A stretch of 34,395 nt of DNA, taken from the NCBI GenBank assembly GCA_002269645.1, contig NIVC01004816.1:1-34395 (forward strand), given 5' to 3'. Positions 24,618-34,395 of the stretch are shown here, in pieces. The DNA comes from Macrostomum lignano. Lineage: Eukaryota. Position 1 is the first letter of the stretch. Every line of letters begins with the position of its first letter. A model generated the notes under the pieces. That model made no database searches. It saw nothing but the letters and a program-made list of their open reading frames with translations, and was not told where the DNA came from. The position numbers and the translations under genes were made by a program.

Positions 24618-25243
24618 GCCAATCATTACAGGAACAAGACAATCGTCACAGCAAAAAGCCGATAATCACAGGAACAAGTTATTTATCACATAAACAAGTC
24701 AATCATCACAGGAACAAGTCAATCGTCACAGGAACAACTCTATCGTCACAGGAACAACCCTATCGTCACAGGAACAACCCTATCGTCACAAGAACAACCC
24801 TATCGTCACAGGAACAAGCTAATCATCATCGCAGGAACAAGCCAGTCATCGCAGGAACAAGTCCATCATCACAGGAACAAGCCAATCATCACAGGAACAA
24901 GCCAGTCATCACAGGAACAAGCCAATCGTCACAGGAACAAGCCAATCATCACAGGAACAAGTCCATCATCACAGGAACAAGCCAGTCATCACAGGAACAA
25001 GCCAATCATCACAGGAACAAGCCAATCATCACAGGAACAAGCCAGTCATCGCAGAAACAAGTCCATCATCACAGGAACAAGTCCATCATCACAGGAACAA
25101 GCCAATCATCACAGGAACAAGTCCATCATCACAGGAACAAGCCAGTCATCACAGGAACAAGCCAATCATCACAGGAACAAGCCAATCATCACAGGAACAA
25201 GCCAGTCATCACAGGAACAAGCCAGTCATCGCAGGAACAAGCC
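24618..25243. repeat. 20-bp minisatellite (GCCAATCATCACAGGAACAA and variants), ~31 copies, elav intron 4
   Basis: Tandem 20-nt periodicity with variant heads GCCAATC/GCCAGTC/GTCCATC. Confidence 0.95.
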
Positions 25244-25280
25244 GCGGTAGCTATATCTAATGAACTCGGTTGGCAACTGA

Positions 25281-25829
<549 letters not shown>

Positions 25830-26860
25830 GAACGTTGCCGACGAGGGAATGTGGAGGGGAGAGAGAAACCTCATCAAGTTCCTCTTGTCACACCGGAGGG
25901 AGTTTGCCTCAAGCATGTAGTTACTAGGGGTAAAACAATGCGTTTATCTACAGTGCAAGTGATTGGACAGAAACGATGCTCTCTTTCAGTAGGAACCAAG
26001 CTAAAAGTCCCTCAGCTTGCTGTAAAAATGATTGTGACCAATTAGAACAACTTAAGCATTGGAGAATGCTGAAGCTAAGAAAAACTTGCTGCTGAAATAT
26101 TCAACTCAGTTGCTTTTTTTATGAGTAAATATTTTCTTTTTGTTAAACTGTTTGTACACTATTGTTGTGCAAACTGTTAAGTGATCTCTGCAAAGTCGGA
26201 CAAAATTGCACCTATCTATATAATATGTATATTAGTCAATGGACCTCCCCTTCTATAGTCATAGACAGTCCTCTGACCCGTTTGACTTCCGCTGTTTTAA
26301 TGCTAAATCTGCCCCGCCTCCCATGCGATGGTGTTTGTTTGCTGAGTCGATTATTGTGAAATACATGCATAACAGTTATAACTGGCACAAGCATACTTTT
26401 ACAACACAATGAGCTGTCTCTTTTAATGAAAAATTGTCATTAAAACAAAACAAGGCCGTACTAAGCCTCGACATCAGATAAAGTACTTCTCAAAGTTGTT
26501 TTAAATTTACCTTTTTGTTTTATTGAGTTCGTTCTATAATTTTTTTGAAACCATATGCTACTGTTTCTTTTGTTTCCCTCTGTTGAATTTATTTATCTTT
26601 TGTTTTTTAACTGCGTTCGTGCCCCTATGTTACCTTTATTTTAATTTTGTTTGAATTACCGCTTCGGTTTTTTATTTTTGTTTTTATTTTGCCATCATAC
26701 ACCCTGCGCTGCTGCGGAATGCATTAAGGAAAATAGTTAAAAAGAAAATCGAACGTCATTCTAATGAATTTTGAACAGAATTTAAAACAAAACTCAAAAA
26801 ATGAAAAGTACAAATTAACTTTAGCCATTCTCATACATTTTGAACAGAGATAAAAACAAT

Positions 26861-26994
26861 AATAAAACCAATAAAAAGAAATCAATTACCATGTCCATGG
26901 TTATGAATATATGACTAAAACTAATTATAATTACTTTTATTGTATTACAATAACCGAATTAAAATTAAGCAAATGATACATACTGCAGAATAAA
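26861..26994 (+). terminator. Candidate elav polyadenylation signals
   Basis: AATAAA at 26861, 26870 and 26989, ~1.0-1.2 kb after the stop codon and downstream of a U-rich tract. The region is A-rich, so chance matches are likely. Confidence 0.35.
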
Positions 26995-27533
26995 AATAGC
27001 TAAACGAGTGTAGACTTTTTTGTCAAAAGCATGCAGCGAGCATTCAATATATTTTCAAACTAACTAAAGCATTCGATTTGCATGTTTAATATTGCGTGAA
27101 TTTCCATTTTACCTCGTTATTAAGTTTTGCTGTTCCATAATATTTATCAAATTTTATAGTCTCACATTTCACATTATTGCTTAGATTGCTAGGAGTGAAT
27201 CTCTTGAAATCTATCTTATTTGACGAAATTCCTATTAATTAGCTACTAACTTATGTTGCTGCATTATGCACGATTAGCCCGCGTAAGTGCGCGCTGTGTG
27301 TGTGTCTGTAATGTGCATATATACTACTGCTGAACTACTCGGAATATATCTATACATTTAATTGCAGCGTATAATGCAAGCTATAAAATTTAGTTTGATT
27401 CTTTCCGTATGATTGATTTTATTGCTCGAGATTTTGACGCATATTATAGAAATCCTCCTGATTTATTAACACTCCGGAACATACATACTCGTATGTACAT
27501 GTGTCAATGCACATGCGTTATCGAATTTATATA

Positions 27534-28253
27534 CAGGATCGGGATCAGGATCGGGATCAGGATCGGGATCAGGATCGGGATCAGGATCGGGATCAGGATC
27601 GGGATCAGGATCGGGATCAGGATCGGGATCAGGATCGGGATCAGGATCGGGATCAGGATCGGGATCAGGATCGGGATCAGGATCGGGATCAGGATCGGGA
27701 TCAGGATCGGGATCAGGATCGGGATCAGGATCGGGATCAGGATCGGGATCAGGATCGGGATCAGGATCGGGATCAGGATCGGGATCAGGATCGGGATCAG
27801 GATCGGGATCAGGATCGGGATCAGGATCGGGATCAGGATCGGGATCAGGATCGGGATCAGGATCGGGATCAGGATCGGGATCAGGATCGGGATCAGGATC
27901 GGGATCAGGATCGGGATCAGGATCGGGATCAGGATCGGGATCAGGATCGGGATCAGGATCGGGATCAGGATCGGGATCAGGATCGGGATCAGGATCGGGA
28001 TCAGGATCGGGATCAGGATCGGGATCAGGATCGGGATCAGGATCGGGATCAGGATCGGGATCAGGATCGGGATCAGGATCGGGATCAGGATCGGGATCAG
28101 GATCGGGATCAGGATCGGGATCAGGATCGGGATCAGGATCGGGATCAGGATCGGGATCAGGATCGGGATCAGGATCGGGATCAGGATCGGGATCAGGATC
28201 GGGATCAGGATCGGGATCAGGATCGGGATCAGGATCGGGATCAGGATCGGGAT
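27534..28253. repeat. Perfect 12-bp minisatellite (CAGGATCGGGAT) x60, intergenic
   Basis: 720 nt of uninterrupted units. Confidence 0.99.
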
Positions 28254-28778
28254 TAAGATTGCAGGTAGCTTGTTAAGGGATTAACACTTAATCGGGCATA
28301 ATGCACGATTAGTTGAAGATCAACAATATACAGATATCAGGAGAAGGGATATCTACTATAAGCCATAAATATACTCGGAAACTGCCACCCATAAACGAGT
28401 TTTGCTATATTTTATCTTGAAAAAAATTCTAATCTTCATGCTGCGCAGTGCAGAGGGCAGACAGATGTTTTATGACTAGACCTTCTAGATTCTGGTTAAT
28501 AGAGAAATTCTTGTTGCGCAGAAAAAGGGGAACTTGGCCTGAAGGCGCAGAGTACGCTTGTACAGTTCACAGGAACCTCTGAGGCTCTCAACCAATGAGG
28601 CTTCCTGTACTAGGGAACCAGCTGCAGGAGAGACGGGGAGAGAGAAGGACAGAAACACACTGCTGTACACTGCGGCAAGTCCAAGAACTCACAGTCTGGG
28701 GCTAGAGAGAGTGTGTGTGTTTGCGCTGGTAGTGAATATTCTTTTTCTCTCTGCCTCGCTCAGTTGAACTTGAATAAA

Positions 28779-29238
28779 ATGGTAGAGCCGGTAAAGCTAG
28801 CGAGTTCAAGCAGCAATACGGCGCAGGGACTTTCGGCTCGTAGTCAGCCAAAAGCAAAACCACAGTTTTATTTAGTAATGAGCGAGAAATTTTCCTGGTT
28901 GGAATTTCACCAAGAGTTGAAGTGTGCCGGCCTCACCAAAAAGAGGGCCGCCTTTCAAACCCGGATTGGCGAGCTGGTGGAAGGCGTCGCAGCCGCCGTG
29001 GTTGGCATCAGCGGCGAGTCCTACTACGACTGGATGATGACGGGCAGCTTCGTGGAAGGCTGGGGCAATAATCTGTTCAGGCTGGACGGCGTCACCGGCG
29101 TAGACTCCGACATCGATTGGAGCCAAGTTGTCAAGCACAAGGTGTACCACCTGCGCAGAACCTGCCACTCTGTGGTTGACTGCATCAATAGGAAAGACTA
29201 CGAGTTGAAAAATGGGCACATTGTTGTGAAGAACAGCA
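28779..29238 (+). CDS. Mab-21/cGAS-like nucleotidyltransferase (cGLR-type), exon 1
   Basis: MVEPVKL...MMTGSFVEGWGNNLFRLDGVTGVDSDIDW: the GS-x2-EG...D-S-D-I-D pol-beta-superfamily NTase motif. Polypyrimidine tract plus CAG acceptor ends at 28763; GTGAGT donor at 29239 (phase 1). Confidence 0.85.
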
Positions 29239-29367
29239 GTGAGTGTTGCATTGGATTGCATTGTATATGAAATCAATAATTGTGTTTTGATTTGACCGGG
29301 CAAACGCTCTATGCTTCATTTGTATGCAGCTCACAGTGCTAGGGGACCTAGGGGTATACATGTACTA

Positions 29368-29591
29368 TCACTGAAGGAACTGGGGATACTCACTGAAGGA
29401 CCTTGGGGATGCTCACTGAAGGACCTTGAGGATGCTCACTGAAAGACCTTGAGGATGCTCACTGAAGGACCTTGAGGATGCTCACTGAAAGACCTTGAGG
29501 ATGCTCACTGAAGGACCTTGGGATGCTCACTGAAGGACCTTGAGGATGCTCACTGAAGGACCTTGGGGATGCTCACTGAGGGACCTTGGGG
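29368..29591. repeat. 23-bp minisatellite (GCTCACTGAAGGACCTTG(G/A)GGAT), ~9-10 copies, NTase gene intron 1
   Basis: Direct tandem periodicity of 23 nt. Confidence 0.93.
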
Positions 29592-29678
29592 ACCTACGCT
29601 CTGAAGGACTCGATCCTTTGTGGTCCATAAAACAAGCGGAATTCCGATCTCGCAAAATGACCTCCCCTCGGCTGTCAG

Positions 29679-30027
29679 GTCAGCAGCCGGCATTCGACAC
29701 GAAGCGTCACGGACTGCGCCCCGACACGGACGAGTGTCACGCCTATCCGTGCTGCTCCTACCCGGCCACTGTGCTGGACGATGATCAAGATGAAGTCAAC
29801 ACTGACAGATATCCAGTATGCGATAAATTTCAACAGATTATTAAGACGCAGTTTGACAACGAGAATCCGATCGAAGATGTGCACTTTGTTCGGGCCAGCG
29901 TGCCAGGCGAGGTGAACCAGCTGCGCCTGAGCTGCACTAGGCAGGAGCGCTTCATAATGAGTCAGCTAAGCACAGTTCAAGGACAGCTGTTCACTGTGCT
30001 CAAATATCTATTCAAAACTAAGGAGGA
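29679..30027 (+). CDS. Mab-21/cGAS-like nucleotidyltransferase, exon 2
   Basis: DTDECHAYPCCSYP (position of the third catalytic acid / DxVxAxxCxxWP-like motif), HFV...LRLSCTRQERFIM..LSTVQGQLFTVLKYLFK (Mab-21 RLSFSxxE...LK motif). CAG acceptor ends at 29678; GTAAGT donor at 30028 (phase 2). Confidence 0.85.
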
Positions 30028-30067
30028 GTAAGTATTGATATTTCGTTCGATACATTGCCTGCATTAG

Positions 30068-30511
<444 letters not shown>

Positions 30512-30551
30512 ATTAGATGAATGTTTTAATGATGATCTGTTGCAATCGCAG

Positions 30552-33187
30552 CGAACGCAACCCCAAGTCGGAGAAGAAGATCATCGAGAGCGTGAAATCC
30601 TACCATGCAAAGACCTTGTTAATGAAGTTGCTGCGCGACCGGGACAGCTGGCCAGAAAACGGGCATGACGATGACGTAGAGGAAGATGAAGAGGCATCAA
30701 AGAGGCTGGAGCGACTGGTCTGGCGCGGGCTCGGCTTTCTGTTGCGATCGATCACAACTAACCTTCAAGCTGCGGAGGCTGGCGAGGAGCCAAGCGGTGG
30801 GTGTCCCAATACAGACTAAGTCTGCTTCACTGCACTGCTCACCTGATCACTGCTTACCTGAAAATCTCCTCGATTTCAGGCGATTCGAAGGAACCACCAC
30901 AGTCTCCATCTCGGCAGGCTTCAGTCGCCTCCAGCAGCGCGTCCACGAAGAGCTCGAACTCGAAGGTTCCGCGAGTACTGGACCATGCACTGCTGAAGGA
31001 CTGCGGTCTCTACTTGAAGCCAAAAAAGCCAAAAGAGGCAACTAAAAGCAGCAAGTCGTCTATTCTGTCTTTTATTTTTCGATCGCCGCAGGAGCAGCCG
31101 AATAAGGCGATATCTGCGATAGAGGCTCACGCTAGCGCTCTTGAGGAGATGAAGGAGGACCTGCTAGGTCTGATCGGCAAGCGGGGAGACATGGACGATG
31201 TGCTCGCTGAGACGCCTGGAATTCTGTGGGAGAGAGGTTCAAGCGCAGTCAGTGATTTGAACGAGAGCTGAAGAAGCTGAACGAGCCGGAGCTGAAAATG
31301 GTTCTGGAAAAGTTCGAAAAACGAACTCAGAGTGAGATTGAAAGCATGAGCCAGAGTAAGGACACAAGTCAGGGTCAGGGCGCTAGCCGTAGCCAGGGAG
31401 AGGACACAAGTCAGGGCCAGGGCGCTAGCCATAGCCAGAGTGAGGACCCAAGTCAGGGCCAGGGCGCTAGCCATAGCCAGAGTGAGGACACAGTCAGGGC
31501 CAGGGCGCTAGCCGTAGCCAGAGTGAGGACCCAAGTCAGGGCCAGGGCGCTAGCCGTAGCCAGAGCCTGACTCGGAGTGAAAGTGAAAATGACATGAGAC
31601 AAAGAGAAGAGAAGCTGCGCAAGAAAATCGCGAATCTGTATGGAAAACTCGGCGATACCTACAAGCTATACGACGTTCTAAAAGACTATCAGACCCGAGT
31701 GACGAGTACTTCGGACGAAAGAAAAAAGCACGGCAAGAAAGAGGATGTCATCGGAGATGAGGCACAATTTCTTTTCATTCCGTTAGCAATGATGCTGCGC
31801 GAATCACGTTAGACACTCTGCTTGACGAGAAGGGGCGTCGATTGAAAAAAGAAAAAACTACCGGAGCTGCCGAATGTTCAACTACCGGAGCTGGTGAAAG
31901 TTCAACTACCGTAGCTGCCGAAGGTTCAACTACCGGAGCTGCCGAAGGTTCAACTACCGGAGCTGGTGAAAGTTCAACTACCGTAGCTGCCGAAGGTTCA
32001 ACTACCGGAGCTGCCGAAGGTTCAACTACCGGAGCTGCCGAAGGTTCAACTACCGGAGCTGCCGAAGGTTCAACTACCGGAGCTGCCGAAGGTTCAACTA
32101 CCGGAGCCGCCCAGGGTTCAACTACCGGAGCTGCCGAAGGTTCAACTACCGGAGCTGCCGAAGGTTCAACTACCGTAGCTGCCGAAGGTTCAACTACCGG
32201 AGCTGGCGAAGGTTCAACTACCGGAGCCGCCCAGGGTTCAACTACCGTAGCTGCGAAGGTTCAACTACCGGAGCTGGAAGGTTCAACTACCGAGCTGCCG
32301 AAGGTTCAACTACCGGAGCTGCCGAAGGTTCAACTACCGTAGCTGCCGAAGGTTCAACTACCGGAGCTGCGAAGGTTCAACTACCGGAGCTGGCGAAGGT
32401 TCAACGAACGAACCTTTCAAGGATTCGGCAGTCGACCAAAAAGCAATAAATGAGCTTAAAAAGGCTTACATTAAAGTCTGGATTGTACTGAGAAGCCTGA
32501 GCGATTCAGAGAGGAATTCATCTGAGCCTAGCCAGACCCAGGGCCCTAGCCGTAGCCAGAGCCAGGACGCTGGCCAAAGGCCCAGCGACAGCTCACTGCA
32601 GAAGACCAAGCAATGGATCAAAAACAAGGCGTTTCTAAAGACCACTTGGCTGTGCCTGGAGATCATGGAGAATCTAAAGAATGGCCACATGGAGGAGGTG
32701 AAACGGCTCCTCAGGGAAACCGATTGTCAGCCAACACGATGGATCAAACCAGAGAAGGATTACGACTTCGCCAAGCTGCTCAGAGAAGAGGACTGCGTAT
32801 GGATATTTCACTACTTCATCAGGCCCAATATAAAGATCAGCTACAACTACTTGAACGACGTGCAGAATCCGGTCGAAAGAGGCACCAAAAATTGAAAAAC
32901 GAACGGAATACGAGAAAGGCGAAGGCAGGGTGTTCGAGTACATTAACGGTGTGCGCAAGGACTGGCTGATTCACCTGGTTGTCAATCAGGACGACAAGAA
33001 AAGCCGGCAGCCGAGTCTCACTGTCAATTTCGACGGCCTGCTGGACCGATTCAGGCGTCGATTCGGTGACGGCAACGTGGACGTCGATTCGGCAGCACAG
33101 ATAAAGGGACGACGACTATTTGGACCAATGAAAAACTGCCTGTTTGACCCACGCGAGGCGGAGAGGCTGGAGGCGCGAGAGGTTTAA
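30552..33187 (+). CDS. Mab-21/cGAS-like nucleotidyltransferase, exon 3 (Mab-21 C-lobe plus long extension); about 9 frameshifting indels in this sequence
   Basis: [16 protein letters not shown] (Mab-21 SYHxKT motif). ORFs 30517, 30801, 31298, 31594, 31842, 32665 and 32930 chain into one reading by restoring bases in short runs at ~30800, ~31256, 31492, ~31802, four sites in 32250-32370, and ~32877. I saw no in-frame stop in the corrected reading. TAA at 33185-33187. Confidence 0.7.
31349..31566 (+). repeat. Coding 42-bp repeat, 5 copies ([13 protein letters not shown](R/H))
   Basis: 14-codon unit; copy 4 lacks one A at 31492. Confidence 0.93.
31857..32403 (+). repeat. Coding 24-bp repeat, ~23 copies (TTGAAEGS)
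   Basis: ACTACCGGAGCTGCCGAAGGTTCA units. Substitution variants keep frame; a few late copies lack 1-2 nt in CC/GG runs. Confidence 0.95.
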
Positions 33188-33281
33188 AAATCATAGATAA
33201 ACAACTACGCAAATGATTTCGATTGTATTTTGGACTGAGTCATAAACTTCTAGACTGGACTAGCGAGGTAGGAAGTTGAAA

Positions 33282-33547
33282 AACAATTGCAGAATCTAAC
33301 TACAGAGCTGATCCACCCAGATTGCAGTGAAATTTTGCTCTATTTACAAAGTGTAGCTTCATTACATTTCATACTTCTTATGTGTAATTTAGGGCCAACA
33401 AGAAGTATAGAAGTAACAATTGCAGAATCTAACTACAGAGCTGATCCACCCAGATTGCAGTGAAATTTTGCTCTATTTACAAGTGTAGCTTCATTACACT
33501 TTCATACTTCTTATGTGTAATTTAGGGCCAACAAGAAGTATAGAAGT
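33282..33547. repeat. 133-bp tandem duplication in the putative 3' UTR of the NTase gene
   Basis: AACAATTGCAGAATCT...GTATAGAAGT at 33282 and again at 33415. The copies differ only by two 1-nt indels. Confidence 0.95.
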
Positions 33548-34395
33548 AAAATTATTAATTTAACAGATTCCTGCCCCCCAGTTACGCAACACCATAAAAA
33601 TATTGTACACAATAGTTTTTTTCATTTTATAAAACTTAATCTCATCAATTCAAATTTCAAGTCTATATTACAATGTTTTATTGTCTTGTTTATCATCGAC
33701 AAAGTTTAATTTAAATTTTTATATCATTTTCTTTTTTTGTTCGCAGCTAGACTCTGGCAGCTCGCGGGAGTAGACTTTCTAGTAGTATAGAATGCTTGAT
33801 GAAGCTTTTTTGTAATATTAACGAAATAATGAATCTGTAATAGATGAGATCAATAAATCAATGCAGTATATAAATGTGTCTTAGGATAGGCTCATTTGTT
33901 CGATTTAGAGGCCTTAGAGGCTAGCTAGCTTTTCTGTCCATGTATAATTATTGAATTAATATTCGCAGCTCGCCTACTCGAATTTTTGCCTTAAAAGTAG
34001 TCTGATTAGGACATTTTTTTTCGCGTAGCAAAACAGCAAGCTTCATTTAGCATTCTGTGTGTAATTCTGCAGAGTAAAGTTCCTGATTTATTCTAAGAAG
34101 CCAATGCCATTTTTTTCATTCAGAGCCAATCAAATCGTTTTTTCTCAAAACATAAACCGATCTACTGACATTCTTATCATTATTAAAAGAAACATAAGCG
34201 TACTTTTTATTCAACAATTATTGCATACGGTAAATGTTAATTTTTTTGTTTAGCTAGTAAAATATATTTAACGCACAGTGAATGAAATAGTCAAAGCATA
34301 AAGTGCGCACGCACCAAATTAAATTTTACGTTGCAAGTAGTTTAATACGCGTATTACTCGTATTTCACATGAAAAAAACAATCTAAAACACTAAT

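Noticed and set aside
24618-25243. CRISPR-like repeat/spacer appearance
   Set aside because: The variable parts are 3-7 nt point variants of one unit, not spacers.
27409-28284. Long ORFs encoding (IGIR)n and (QDRD)n
   Set aside because: By-products of a stop-free 12-bp satellite; no unique coding sequence or gene structure.

Overview
Eukaryotic (metazoan) genomic DNA. Codon style, intron style and repeat density suggest a free-living flatworm such as Macrostomum; this is an inference, not a database match. There are two spliced + strand genes. The first is a 5-exon ELAV/Hu three-RRM RNA-binding protein gene (CDS 13933-25829). The second is a 3-exon Mab-21/cGAS-like nucleotidyltransferase (cGLR-type) gene with a very long, repeat-containing C-terminal extension (CDS 28779-33187). 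Both carry small frameshifting indels, mostly -1 in short base runs, which look like long-read consensus errors. The first ~4.2 kb appears to be the 3' end of a decayed Ty3/Gypsy element: integrase, an extra non-env ORF, a PPT and a candidate LTR. It is followed by an AT-rich, CpG-free block containing a degenerate long inverted repeat and a younger MITE. The repeat copies there differ almost only by C>T/G>A transitions, often CpA>TpA, a RIP-like signature. Every intron between coding exons of both genes contains a different tandem repeat, and elav intron 1 also holds a LINE 3' fragment.
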